Assembly: GCA_950097015.1 (NCBI GenBank)
Contig: CATNEN010000001.1
Span: forward strand, 15,686,001 to 15,750,000
Source: Macrostomum hystrix
Taxonomy: Eukaryota > Animalia > Platyhelminthes
Length of the DNA: 64,000 nucleotides
Reading direction: 5' to 3'
Below are positions 1-12,662 of this stretch, one piece after another. The notes beneath the pieces are model-generated. The model had not been told where the DNA came from. It made no database searches and worked only from the letters and a program-made list of their open reading frames with translations. The translations under genes were made by a program, and so were the position numbers. Position 1 is the stretch's first letter; each line of letters starts with the position of its first letter.

Positions 1-838
1 CAACGGCAACTAATGTCACGGCTGTACCGACTTCGGTCCGCTCTCTTCGCGCCCGTAAGCGGCAGGGAGTCCGAGACGCCCTGTTTGACATTCCCTGAGT
101 GTTACTTCGTGCACTATGAACCTAGAGTTTACCTCAAAGAGACTAAAACTGATGTTCTATCTTCCGCTTCCTAATTTCCTACGCCGTATCCTAGCCATCC
201 GTACAGCCCCCCCCAATCTGTCGGATTCATCTGGCAATCCTCCACGTTAATTCAAGCTTGCCCTACTGCGCTAAATTTAGCTCCTTGTTACACCTTGTTT
301 ACCCATAGACACCCCCAGCCTCAACTGTACTCTTAAATTAAATACAAAGTCGCCCAGCCGTTCCCCAAAAGAAACTACACACACGCATGTTCGTTCTAGC
401 AACTTAAGCTTAACATAAAGCCTTTGTCTCAGTCAGTTGACGACAAGGGTGATCCTGCAGAACGATACGACAACAACGTCGTAGTTTATGGTCATTCCGG
501 ACCGCGAATGATTGTGTCTTGACTGGTGGCAATGTTGTTGGTGTGAGTTGTGGTGTGATGTGCGTGAGTTGTGGTGTGAGTTGGTTCGACTTTAAAGTGC
601 ATTACCCAGCAACGCTGGTTTTCCCTTTTCCCGCAGGAGACCGTCGGCCTGCTAATGCCCTTCAGTGCTGGCTACCCAGCCATTGAATTAGGTCGGAGAC
701 CTGGCAGGAGCGCGGTTTGACTTGGTACCGGCGGTACCTGATTGGTGGGCGGACTAATCGTTCTGATCTAGTCCTGACCTTAACTGCAGGTACTGGTGGT
801 TCGGACACAGCCGATTCAGAAGTTTCTTCCACCAACTC

Positions 839-2390
839 TTACTGCTCTGAGCTAGCACTGGGGCTAGAGGTTGTACTGGAAGTGGTTCCGGTGCTGGTTT
901 CAGTTCCAGACTCTCCCGACGAAGGGGTCGAAGGGAGGGTTTCAGCGACAGCACCCGCCTCTCTTTCCGGAAGGCGTGAGATCGGGGCTACATGTGTGGT
1001 CTGGTGTGGCAGAGTGACTAAATTGAAGTCGTCAGTTGATAGCCGCGATTGGCTAGAGGATGATTCTGATTGGTTGGACGTGGTTGAAGAGAAGCCAGCA
1101 ATGTTGGCTGGTCCGTAGCGATTGACTATGTCTTGGTAAGATGGCTGTCTGATATAGGGCTTGAGCCTGTCTATGTTATAGATGTTGTGCTTCGGGTTTG
1201 GGACCCGGTTGGATGTGTGGGTGAGTCCTAATTCAGGCGCTAAGCGATAAGTGCGTTCTGAGCAGCGCTGAATGACTTTATATGGTCCTAACCACACGGA
1301 TGGTTCGATTCCCTTGTGGTTTGGGTTGAGCACCCAGACTAGCTCTCCATCGTTAAATTCGGTGCGAAGGGCACTTCGGTCGTAATAGCGCTTTTGTCTC
1401 TGTTGGGCCATGCCCCTAATGTTGCGGGCTAAGGCTGAGACTTCGACTAGCGTCTTGTGGAGTTGGTGAGCGAATTGCTCTGGCTGATAGTGATCTCCCT
1501 TAGGAGGGTTGTGAATGAGGTCTAACGGTAGGTCGAGTTCATGACCTAGGAATAACTTGGCAGGTGAGAAGCCAGTTGATTCGGCTACTGTGGCTCTAAT
1601 CGACATCGCAGCGAGTCGGCCAGCAAGGGGCCAATCACATTGTCTTTCAAGGCAGATAGCCCGCATTTGAGCCTTGACTGTTTGGATCATACGTTCAGCC
1701 TTGCCGTTGGCTTGAGGTCGGCGAGGGGTGATTCGACCCATGTCGATTTGGAGTAGTCTAGTGAGTTCAGTGAGAGTTCTATTGATGAATGCGGTTCCGT
1801 TGTCGGACACCAATTGTTCCATGGTTCCGTATCGGGCAACCCATTCAGTCAGGATGGTAGTGGCGGTGGTTTCAGCACCTACGTCTGTGACTGGGGTAAC
1901 TTCCACGAACCCTGTGAAGCGGTCTACCATAACGAGTAGGTATTTGAACCCTTCTCGCTCCTCGAATGGCCCAGCATGGTCCACGTGGACCACTTGGTTT
2001 GGGTAGCCGGACAGTTCAGGCAGCATAGGGGCTTTCAGCTTGCGTTTAGACTTTTTCGTCCGTGCGCAGATGGTGCATTCGGCGAGGACGCCCTTGATGA
2101 TGGTGTCTAGGTTGGACATGGCGAAACGAGCCTTCAGAGCGGACATCGTCTTGGTGATCCCGCAATGATTCAGTTGGCGGTGATATTGCAGGACGAGTTG
2201 GCTAATGTCTGCAGTTTCCGGAACTACAAGGCGTCTAGCGGCAGTCTTGGTCTTGGTCTTAGACGGTTTGACAAGATAAAGGAGGCCTTCCACGACCTCA
2301 AGGTCGGTGATCTGAGCCCATAGCGAGCGAATTTCCCGACTGCAACCTTGCCGCTCGGCCTTTGACAGGGGCGGCGCCTTGCCCTGGATA
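839..2390 (-). pseudogene. Ty3/Gypsy integrase remnant (5'-truncated pol; same lineage as the elements at 29-35 kb and 51-54 kb)
   Basis: HHCC zinc finger (YHRQLNHCG...CTIC), DDE core (VHVDHAGPF, LVSDNGTAF, NGKAER), GPY motif and S/T-rich tail. The first ~30 aa of the 839..2479 ORF are read-through from the unrelated capsid sequence; the junction is approximate. Confidence 0.9.
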
Positions 2391-2399
2391 CAGTCTGCA

Positions 2400-2842
2400 T
2401 GATCCCTCTTTAATGCAGATGTTTGTTCTGGTTTCGTTTCGCTCATCTCGACACATGTAGGCCGTGTAGGCGACATCAATGTCCTTCTCTATGGCCTTGA
2501 GATAATCTGCTTTTAGTGCGGTCTTTGGCTCAATGACTTCCAAATACAGCTCGATTCCGGTTAGCTTCACTTCCATCCTTGTGTGGTCCGCCCCAGTCCA
2601 CAACACTCTACTGCGATCATCTCTAGTCACCTTAAAGGTGTAGCTGAAGTTACTAGTCAGTCGATTAAATGTATTACAGAATCCACTCATGAATATCAGT
2701 GGTACGAATACATCAACAGACCGATACAGCGGGTTCTTAGCAGCATCATCAGCACCTTGCAATGCATAGTTGTATCTCTTCTTCCTCTTTTTATAGCCAC
2801 TGTCATTGATATCTCTTCTTTTTCATCTGCAATGAAACCTTC
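2400..2842 (-). pseudogene. Polinton/Maverick/adintovirus-type double-jelly-roll major capsid protein, middle part (3'-truncated)
   Basis: Translates NDSGYKKRKK...VDVFVPLIFMSGFCNTFNRL...FKVTRDD...VKLTGIELYLEVIEP, matching the pattern N.G..R...PL..+.GF...R..D....+P of metazoan DJR capsid genes. Joins the 11355-11786 segment across the BEL target-site duplication. Confidence 0.65.
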
Positions 2843-3153
2843 TGTCGTTTTGACAATCAACTAAGTTAGTATAGTTTGGTAGATATATAGTTTATTTGGT
2901 GGCAGTGGAAGCAAAGGTAAGGCAGATAGAAAGGAAACTTGGACAACCTTGAGGGGTGCGAAACTAATAGAACCTGTAACTGAGAGGAGGTCTTGAACAT
3001 AGACATAAAAGTTGTAGACGCAAAGTAAGAGGCCACAGCCATAAATAAGGTTAGCTGCAACTAATGCGTTAAGGGAGACTAAAAGTACATGAAAACGTAA
3101 GACGAAGGCGAAGGTCTAAAAGAGGCAAAGAATTGGAGGATTATCATCCGACA
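2843..3153 (-). repeat. BEL 3' LTR
   Basis: Direct repeat of 11044-11354 with TG...CA ends. Confidence 0.95.
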
Positions 3154-3517
3154 GGTTCGGGGGGGCACAAATGACACAAACATTGGAAGATGAATTCTGA
3201 CATTTTCCGGGGGGGGCGGAGGACAACAGGCAAAACTGAGTTCACGACGAGAAATAGTTAGCCGACGGGTGGTCGGATGAACTTCCGGAGCGGTTAAAGC
3301 GTTAAAAATAGTATATTGGGCAACGTATTCGTCACAGTAGTAAATTTGAGAGGCATTAGTCACGTCACAGATGCCATCACGAATCGCCTGGCGGCGAAAG
3401 GCGTGAAGATCGCTTGCGGAGAGGTCGTCGGCGGTGCCGGCCGCTTTGGTGGCGCTAGCTGACGAGCCGGCGGACTAGCCGGCGGATGAGCTGGTGGACG
3501 AGCCGGGTAGACCCGCC

Positions 3518-6500
3518 TGTTGTGATTGACAATGCTTGCGCATATGCTTGAAAACTGACAATGAACTATTGACCATATTGAATGCGTGCGTGGGCGCATA
3601 CTGCACTCAGGCTAGAGTGAGTAGGATTGCGTATTGATTTGTCAACGTGCATTATTAAGCAACGTGCAAGTAGGAGATGAACTCTATAAATATAATGTGA
3701 GCGAGACTTGTGTCTCTGAGCGTGAAACTTCAATTAACAAAACTCTTGTGTCAATTAGAACACAACAAATGGCGACGAGACTTCCATACCCAGCGGAGTT
3801 TCAACCCGTACCAGGAGAGCCTCCTGTGCCATGGGCAAGGTGGATTTCGACATTCAACAACTTCCTGGTAGCCGAAGATCTCGGAGAGGCATCAGACGGT
3901 CGTAAAAAGGCGATTCTTCTGCACCTGCTTGGTGAGGAGGGACGCCGCCGAGCTGCCAACGTCGATGCAACAAAGTCACTTCAGGAGACCCAAGAGCTAC
4001 TGAAGGACATCTTCAGCTCGCCGAGAAGCGTCATAGCAAAGCGCTTCGCCTTTCGGCAGCGAGCCCAGCACGACGGCGAGAGCATCAGCGACTACGTGAT
4101 GGCCTTGAGAGAACTGGCAACAACCTGCAACTTCGGCACGTTCCACGACGAAATGATCCGAGATCAGCTCGTGGAAAAAACCTGTGTACCTCGCATCAGG
4201 GAGCGACTTCTGATGGAGGAGGACAGCCTTACGCTGGCAGACGCCATGAAGATTGCTGGAAGAATCGAAGCAGCAATCAAGGATGCCAAGCAGGTCAGCA
4301 GCCAAGAGCTTCAGGTGAAAGCGGTGAACAAGAGACCAACTGCTCGTCCCATCAAGAGAATTGCAACGCCGAGTTCGAAGTGCACCCGATGCGGAGGCAA
4401 TCACGAGAACAAGAGCGAATGCAAGGCGATGGGGCAAAAGTGCAGACGATGCGGCAAGACGAACCATTTCGCGAAAATGTGCCGCATGAAAACGGTCTCT
4501 GCGATCGACACCAAAGAGACCGTAGAGTCCAGCCTGACAGTCCTGGCCGTGAACAACAGGAGCATCGACAACTTATTCTGTGACTGCCACTTGGACGGGC
4601 AGACGATCCGACTACAGATCGACTGTGGTGCTGCCGTCTCGTTGCTCAACGCGGAGACGTTCAAGAAGTCCTTCGCTAGGCACCCGCTGATTCCGACGAG
4701 CACAAGACTGGAGGCATACGGCGGATTTGCGATCAAGACCATCGGCAAAGTCGAACTTCCAGTGACGTTCAACGACATCAGAACAGAAGCCACATTCTAC
4801 GTCGCCGACAAAGGAGCGAACATCCTGGGCCGCGACCTGTTTCAGGCCCTCGGATTCAGAATCTTCCAAGGCGACAACAGAGTGATGAGTATCAGCGAGA
4901 CTACGATCGAGCGCGACTTTCCCGGAATCTTCGATGGCCTGGGCCGGTCCAAGAGCTTCATTCATCGGACAAAAATCGACGCCTCGGTCAAGCCAGTGTC
5001 TCAGCCAATGCGAAAGCTGCCGATTGGCCTGAAGGACGAAGTGACATCAGAGATCAGCCAGATGGAGCAGCAAGGTATCATTGAGAAGGTCGACGCGTCC
5101 GAGTGGGTCAGCAACGTGGTCGTGACGCGCAAGAAGGAGTCCAACAAGGTTCGCCTCTGCGTGGATCTGCGGCAGGTCAACAAGGCGGTGATCGCAGACC
5201 GCTATCCGGTACCGTCAATCGAGGACCTATCAGCCAGTATCAACGGGTCGAAGTGCTTCAGCAAGCTGGATCTGCGTCAGGGCTACCAGCAGATTCCGCT
5301 GCATCCAGACTCTCGAGGACTGACGTGCTTCATCACTGATGTCGGCCTGTACCAGTTTACCGTGGTGCCATTCGGGCTATCCAGCTCCGGAGCTGCCTTC
5401 CAGCGAGCCCTGCAGACGGTGCTTCGAGGAGCTCCAGGCGCCATCAACATTGTGGACGACATCCTGGTGCACGGCAAGGACGAGACTGAGCACGACAAGA
5501 ACCTCCGAGAAGTCCTAGGGCGGATCCATCGCGAAGGCTTCACACTCAATCGAGATAAGTGCAAATTCCGGCAGGTGAGCGTGGATTTTTTCGGATTGGT
5601 CATCTCTTCAGACGGCATCAAACCGACCAAGTCCAACGTCGACGCAATTCTAAGAATTCCTGAGCCAACAACGGTCGCGCAAATTCAATCGTTCCTCGGC
5701 GCAGTGAACTTTTTGCACAAGTTCATACCGCATTACTCAGCGATCGCAGAGCCTCTGAGACAACTACTCAAAAAGGACGCGGACTGGCACTGGGGTGAGC
5801 GAGAACGTACAGCCTTCCACAAACTCAAGTCAGCCGTAACCAGCAGCCCAGTGCTAGCTCATTTTGACTGCCAAGCTGAGACGTATGTCACCTGTGACGC
5901 AAGTCTAGACGGACTGGGGGCGGTACTCAGCCAAGTACAAAATGGAAAAGAGGTGCCAATCGCGTTCGCATCGAGAGCACTCAGCCCAGCGGAAAAGCGA
6001 TACTCAGCCGGAGAGCGAGAAGCCCTGGCCTGTGTATGGAGCATCGAACGCTGGCACTACTATCTATACGGCAGACGAGTAACGCTGCGTACCGACCACA
6101 AGGCCCTGACGACTCTGCTCGACTCGAAAGGCATGGGGCACAGGCCTCTGCGCATTCATCGATGGGTCGAGAGACTTCGCGGCTACGATGTCCGGTTCGA
6201 GCACATCCCTGGCGCTGAAAACAAGTGCGCGGACATGTTGTCCAGATGGGCCACGACGGAGCGCGTTCCAGCCGAGGAGACCGACGAGGAGGGCTACGTC
6301 TACGCATTCGTCAATTCGAAGACAGCGCTGACGGCAGACGCACTGGCAACGGCGACCAAGGAGGACGAAGTGCTGCAGGCGGTTCTGCGGTACATCTCGG
6401 GCGGCTGGCCAACGAAGGTGGACAGCTCTCTGAAGCCGTACTTCAACGTCCGGGACGAGCTTTTCTGCTGGAACAACGGTCAGTGCCTCGGTCGTGGTGA

Positions 6501-7934
6501 ACGCGCGATCATCCCGACGAGCCTACGACTTCAAGTCATCGAGGAGGCCCACGAAGGGCATCCAGGCGTCGTTCGGTCAAAGCAGCGGTGCCGCGACACG
6601 GTCTGGTTTCCCGGAATCGACCGGCAGGTGGAGGACTACGTCAAGAACTGCACGGCCTGCACTCTGGCGGAGAAAACCGGCAAGCCCCAACAGACGATCA
6701 TGACACCAGTCTAGTGGCCGGCAGGTCCATGGGACAAGATCGAAATTGACATCTTCGGCGAGATCGCTGCGGCTCCACGGCATCAGCGGTTCCTACTGGT
6801 GACCCACGACCTATACAGCAAGTGGCCGGAGATCGCAGCCATGGAAACCGTCACTTCTGCCAACATCATCAAGACGCTCCGGAAGTTATTCGGCCGGTGG
6901 GGAGTACCGAAGATGCTGATCAGCGACAACGGACCCCAGTTCGTCAGCGACGAGTTCGAAGAGTTCCTGCGAGCCGAGGGCATCAAGCACAGCCGAGCGA
7001 GCCGGTACTACCCGCAAGGCAACGGCGGAGTCGAGCGATTAAACCGCAGTCTGAAGGAAGGCCTGGCAGCGAACCTGAGGGCGGGAGCGAAGTTTGAGGA
7101 CGCCATCGACCTGGTGCTCAAGACCTACAGGACCAGCCAGCACGCTCTTACCGGGCTGACTCCAGCCGAGCTGATGATCGGGCGCAAGCTGCGGTCCGGA
7201 CTGCGACTGCTCAGACCGACTCAAGAACAACTGCCGAGCGACGACGACCTGCGCGACAGCATCGCACAGAGGCAAGCCAAGAACGCCGACTACACCAACA
7301 AGCGAAGGCGAGCCCGAGACTCAGCATTCGAGGCCGGAGACTGGGTCTGGCGGCAGGTGCTGCACCGGGCGCACAAGCTGGCAACCCGACTAAAGGAGCC
7401 GCTCAAGATCGCCTCCCGAGCAGGGCGCAACACCGTCGTGCTGTCCGACGGTACAAAGTGGCACGCGAGTCGCTTGGTCAAGTGCAATGACTCGTCGGCA
7501 TGCAGCGACGCAGCTGACCGAGCGGACGAGCGGTTCGAGACGCCCCTGCTGCCTGAGCCGGGGGCCAGGGCGGCGACGGCGCCGCCACCACCGCCCGGCG
7601 ACCTGACACCCGAGGCGGCGCCCCGAAGGTCGACTCGAATTCGACGGCAACCGGCGCGTTACCCTCTTCCAGAAGGAGGGAGAATGTTGTGATTGACAAT
7701 GCTTGCGCATATGCTTGAAAACTGACAATGAACTATTGACCATATTGAATGCGTGCGTGGGCGCATACTGCACTCAGGCTAGAGTGAGTAGGATTGCGTA
7801 TTGATTTGTCAACGTGCATTATTAAGCAACGTGCAAGTAGGAGATGAACTCTATAAATATAATGTGAGCGAGACTTGTGTCTCTGAGCGTGAAACTTCAA
7901 TTAACAAAACTCTTGTGTCAATTAGAACACAACA
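3518..7934 (+). mobile_element. Full-length, very young Ty3/Gypsy LTR retrotransposon
   Basis: Apparently identical 250-bp LTRs at 3518-3767 and 7685-7934, perfect TSD CCGCC, PBS TGGCGACGAG (tRNA-Ser(GCT) type) at 3770, PPT AGAAGGAGGGAGAA at 7671-7684. Confidence 0.97.
3769..7692 (+). CDS. Gypsy Gag-Pol (gag, two zinc knuckles, protease, RT, RNase H, integrase) with one in-frame TAG at 6712-6714
   Basis: ATG at 3769 overlaps the PBS. Motifs: CTRC..H..C and CRRC..H..C, IDCGA protease, IVDD RT, CDAS RNase H, HEGH..CTAC, IDIFG/SDNGPQF/VER integrase. The frame continues unchanged after the TAG into the 6799..7692 ORF. Confidence 0.93.
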
Positions 7935-9519
7935 CCGCCGCCAGAACGATGGGCTGTGCAGCGCCGGCGTCGCACTCGAGCGGGACGAGGTGGGCAACGG
8001 ATCGGCAGACCTCGTGGCCAGAAGCGGTGCGGATGGTGACGTACCGGATGATGCCAGCGGGATCCGGGTGCAGTTGGAGGATGCGGCACAGCTTCCATGT
8101 CGCTCTGGGCGTCGGTTCGGCAAGGTGAATGTCGACGTAAAGACCGCCTATGACGCGCTCGAGCTCAGTGCGGTAAAGGCCGGAGTCACCGGAGCTTAGA
8201 GCATCGTGGCAGATCTTGTGGAGGACTGCTAAAAGTATCCAGGGGCTGGGAGATGCCCCCATGACAATTCGATTGAAGCGCCAGACCTCGTAATTGCCCT
8301 GAAGGAGCGGTTTGGTGATGTCCTTTGGGTGGATGATGCGGAGGGCGTCGCGGTGTGGCTTGTGGACGCCGATCTGATAAAAGGCAGCCTTTAGATCAGA
8401 TGAAATGGCAAAACGGTGGGAACGGTGCACTAGAAGAACCTGGAGCATGGAGGTCAGAATGTTGGGTCCGGTGTCCAGGAGGTCATTAAGCGCAGTCCCA
8501 GCCAGAGAAGTCTTGGCGGAGGCGTCGACGACGGGGCGGATCTTGGTTGTGCTTGAGCTCTCCTTAAAGACCGGGAAATGTGGCAGGACATGGACGACTG
8601 GGCCGGCTGGCTGGTCGGTGGTAACGAGTTCTAGGACTCCTTCGTCTTTGCGCTTCTCGAATTCTGCGTAATAGGCCTCGCGTTCGGGAAGACTGAGACG
8701 GCGGTGAGTGGCTTGAGCGCGACCGAAGGCCTGGCCGAAATTGGAAGGCAGAAGCTCTGCACCAGGCTTGAATGGCAGGTCCACGAAGATGCGACCCTCC
8801 GGGTCGCGGCTGGCGTTGGCGAGGAGGCGTCGGGAGGCGTCATCTTGCATGCAGGGCTTTCCGGCGTCTTTGTCGATGCCCAGAGCTTCGAGATTCGACA
8901 TGCTGTCGAGTAGCTGTTCGAGACGGAGTCTGTTGTCGTTGAGATAGGTGTTAGCGACTAGTGCCTGAGACGAGCCTAGGAGGCCGTTGACGCGGCTGTT
9001 CGTTGTGCCTAGGGAGCCGTTGAGGATGGCACCGAATGGTGTCAGGTAGGCCGTGAGCGTTGGGCGCAGCGCCAGAGCAGGAACCGCGGGGCCGATGAGT
9101 AGTTGGTTGACGTCGCCGCCGAGGATGAGATCAAGAGAAACGTCCCTGTCGTGAGCGGGCGGCAGGTTGCAGACGCCGTTGGGTACGCTCTTGAGGGTGT
9201 TAATGACGTCCTTTGGGAGGTTGACAGCAGGCATGTAGATTGGAGCTGCCAGCTGTTCGGAGGCGAGGGCGGTGATTGGCCAGCGGCGGCCGTCTGGAGC
9301 CTGGAGGTCAAAACTCACGAGGTCTGCTGTGACTTGACGTCTGGACTCCGCGTGGAAGGTGGAGGTGGCTAGAGTGAGCCTTTTGGCGGCCTTGAGGCCA
9401 AGCTTGCGTGCGACGGCACCGTCAATGTGCGAATATGAGCAGCCCGAGTCGAGTAGAATGTTACAATCGACCGAGCGGCCATCCTTGGGATTGATGGCTT
9501 TCGCTTGGAAGGTGGCCAT
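7935..9519 (-). pseudogene. BEL Pol remnant: protease plus N-half RT fused by deletion to the integrase C-terminal domain
   Basis: LLDSGCSYS protease, then LPHFPVFK..TTKIRPVVDAS and SDLKAAFYQI. LYVD is followed almost immediately by WKLCRILQLHPDPAGIIRYVTIRT...RSVAHLVPLE. Confidence 0.9.
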
Positions 9520-11021
9520 GATAGTCGGAGTGAGGCCTCCGTCGACTGAAGCAGAGACGAGGGAGTTGGCCGTCTCTTTAGATTCAGCGTCTGCACTGGC
9601 GTTGAGATGAGCGTTAGAGCGGGGATAAGTCGAGGGGCGCCCAGAACCACCGAAGTTGGCTCCATGAAGCGTCGTGTGGTGTGGAGCATTGCACTCGCGG
9701 CAACGTCGACTGTCACGGCAGTCCTTAGTGTGATGAGCATGGAGGCAGTTGCGACATAAGTTCTTTTCCCGTATAAACTTGAGGCGAGCGTCGGGATTGC
9801 GGACCTTGTCGCAACGGGTGGCAGCATGGTCCGAGCTTTCGCAGTAGAGGCAGGGACGGCTGGGTTTGTAGAGCCGTTGTCCAGCAGTGGGAGTGGTGGA
9901 GGGTCGGTGCGAGAAGTGAAGCTGGTACGAGGCGCAGGGCCGGTGCGATTTGTGGGACCAACTCGAGGAGTGTTCGGTACCGATGGACGGATATTGCTGG
10001 AGTTACGAGTAGGCGGCGCTCGGGAGTTATCGCTACCCAGGAGACTGGCAGAGGCGTATGGTGCGACGGGCGTGGTGATTGATGCGGCTCTAAGCGTCTT
10101 GACCTTGCAGTCGAGGTGACCTTGGAGCTGATCCATGGTCGGTATCAGAGGTTGCCCGTTGGTGGCGCGGATATTTCGGATCTCACTCTGGAGCTCGAAT
10201 GGGAGGCGGCTCCATAGGGCATAGACGTAACCGTCGAGGGTACGTACAGGTTCTCCGAGGCGAAGGAGCTGGCCAGTAGCGAGACGGAGGGCGTCGGTGA
10301 AGGCCTCCAGCTCGTCAAGGTCGGAGGCGGAGCCACAGTGGAGTGTGAGAAGGCGTTGGAAGGAGGCGTTCAGTTGCTCCTGATCGTCGGCGTAGTTGGC
10401 CTGGAGGACGCGGCATGCCTCTTTATAGGCGCCAGGCTGACAGGCATCGAGAGCACCCAGTTTTCTCAAAGCAGGGCCGGAGAGTAGACCACGAAGGGCC
10501 TCGAACTTGTCGACTTCGTGTAGGCTGGAGCGGTCGACGCGGTACAGGAATGACTGCCAGAAGCCTGGGAAAGCGGCAGGGTCCGTGCCGTCGAACGTCT
10601 GTACGTTTACGTTCTTGAGAATAGTTGAGCTGATGAGGCCAGCCGGGTCGTGTTCCGTACGTGTGGAATGAGAGACAGGCGTCGAAGCAGGATGGGCAGT
10701 ATTGGAGGCGCACTGCTGCATGAACTGCTGATTTTGCTGGACGATTTGCTGCATCATCGCCTGGTTTTGTTGTTGCTGTTGCTGCTGTTGCTGCATGAAG
10801 CCCAATAATAATCCTAGCATCTGAGTCATGCAGTCTGTAGTTGCTGCGAGATTCGTAGGCGAGGCGCCCGCTGTCGATGGACCATTGGCTTCGGTTGGTG
10901 GTTGTGTCGTGGCGGAGGCAGAGGCAGCAGCAGAGATGGCAATCGGTTGGAGGCCTGTGGCTTGATCCTGTGGCTGGATCTGGTCGTCTGTTGAGTCTGT
11001 CATGGATCGCGTGTTAACCAT
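9520..11021 (-). pseudogene. BEL Gag (DUF1759-like plus zinc knuckles), frameshifted near 9870
   Basis: FDGTDPAAFPGFWQSF...DKFEALRGLLSGPA...Y motif. Cys/His knuckles (CLYC..H..C, CRNC..H..C, CREC..HHTTLH) lie in a shifted frame. Confidence 0.85.
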
Positions 11022-11043
11022 GTTGACGCTCTGCTACCAATTT

Positions 11044-11354
11044 TGTCGTTTTGACAATCAACTAAGTTAGTATAGTTTGGTAGATATATAGTTTATTTGG
11101 TGGCAGTGGAAGCAAAGGTAAGGCAGATAGAAAGGAAACTTGGACACCCTTGAGGGGTGCGAAACTAATAGAACCTGTAACTGAGAGGAGGTCTTGAACA
11201 TAGACATAAAAGTTGTAGACGCAAAGTAAGAGGCCACAGACATAAATAAGGTTAGCTGCAACTAATGCGTTAAGGGAGACTAAAAGTACATGAAAACGTA
11301 AGACGAAGGCGAAGGTCTAAAAGAGGCAAAGAATTGGAGGATTATCATCCGACA
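11044..11354 (-). repeat. BEL 5' LTR
   Basis: Direct repeat of 2843-3153, followed on the minus strand by the PBS. Confidence 0.95.
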
Positions 11355-11786
11355 CCTGCACCACTCCCCAACTGAATAAAATCTAGATTCTCGATCAAAC
11401 AATGAGCGTCATAGACAATTCCAAAGTTGGCGATTCGCTCCAACTCTGTGCTCCCATTCGATACACTAAACTCCTTGAACATGTACGCCCAAAAGTTACT
11501 GATCAGAGCCACATCTGCATCATGCCTGTCAACGTTAGCATGAGCTGCATCCGCACCTCCCTTTGTCTTGAATTGAAATGTCATATGGAAACCGCTCTTA
11601 AGACTGCACACTAACCAGAGACGAACATCCATTTTAGGTGAATGTCAGTGTTTGACCAGGACCAAGATTAGTTTCATTCTGATTTTCCTGACTGGGAACT
11701 CTTACTTGAGTCGCTTTGATTGTGCTATCATCACTCAAAATAGGCTTGTTAATTTTGTAGAAAACTGGTGTCAGCGGGTCGTTCAT
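11355..11786 (-). pseudogene. Polinton-type DJR major capsid protein, N-terminal part (one stop and a frameshift)
   Basis: From ATG 11786: MNDPLTPVFYKINKPILSDSTIK...NLGPGQTLTFT*, then ...VALISNFWAYMFKEFSVSNGSTELERIANFG, typical of the N-terminus of this capsid family. Confidence 0.6.
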
Positions 11787-11814
11787 TTTTTTAAACTAAA
11801 AAATAAAATAAGAA

Positions 11815-12662
11815 ATGAGGAAAAAAAAGACGCACCAAATATCTGAATTGGAGAAGCTAGCACAAGCAGAAAAGAGAGTTACCGGGCTAATCAATAAGGA
11901 GCAACAATCCTACAATGAGTTTGTCCAAGCAGCCACAGAGTTTCATAAACCCGGGTATGGAGAAGCTAAGAAAAATATTGATCAAGTCAAAGAAACTATT
12001 GATGACATACAGAAAACCCAGGTGCAAAAAGCTTTGGACAAAATTCCAGAAGCACCGCAGAAGCACAACAATCTGCAGAATCGCATCAATCACAACTAAA
12101 AGTGACAGATAACATTTTTGGACCAGTAGAACGTGTAGAACATGATGGGAAAAATGTATTTGGAATAAGTATGTGGAGAAAAAACATTTATAATGAACCG
12201 GTGCAATATTATATCGACATAAACAAGAATTATATTTCTGTTGTCAAAGGCTCAGAAACTAAGAGCATAATTTTCACAAAAACATTACTAAATTTTATGA
12301 CTAAGAACCAAGAGAAAATTTCGGACAAGCAGCTAAAGAACTATAGAGATCTAGTGAGTTTTGCTCTTGCTAGAGAGATAGAAATATTAAAGGTCCCACA
12401 AGTTCAGAAAATAATGCATGACAACGGTGTCATCCTGACTAGATTCAAAAAGTACAAGCATTTTAAACAATGGTTTGGTTTGCCAGATCAAGAAGATACC
12501 ATAAAATATCTAGAACAGCAACCGCCACAGCAGCAACCGCCACAGCAGCAACAAACATTCAAACCCGAAGACATACTCTGGCAACTGGAAAATGCATTTC
12601 GGACAACCCCAACTGTGAGGACTCATGCAAATGGAGGGTGCCATGTAAAGATCAATAATTAG
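11815..12662 (+). pseudogene. Probable Polinton accessory gene, split into ORFs 11815-12099 and 12102-12662
   Basis: AT-rich, head-to-head 28 bp from the capsid ATG. Coiled-coil N-part ending FHKP, then DNIFG...FTKTLLNFMT...QLKNYRDLV...KY, reminiscent of a conserved Maverick-linked protein. Recognised by eye only. Confidence 0.4.

Larger units (their letters stand above)
2843..11354 (-). mobile_element. BEL/Pao LTR retrotransposon, internally deleted, carrying a nested Gypsy
   Basis: 311-bp LTRs at 2843-3153 and 11044-11354 (TGTCG...CGACA, 2 differences seen). TSD CCTTC/CCTGC (1 mismatch). PBS TGGTAGCAGAGC (tRNA-iMet type) on the minus strand next to the right LTR. Confidence 0.93.

Noticed and set aside
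839-2479. 546-aa ORF as a real capsid-integrase fusion
   Set aside because: The capsid segment is read in a different frame; this is a chance open junction from a deletion
3634-3768. N-terminal extension of the 1026-aa ORF, and ORF 7801-8199
   Set aside because: LTR sequence read from a TTG; the true start is most likely ATG 3769
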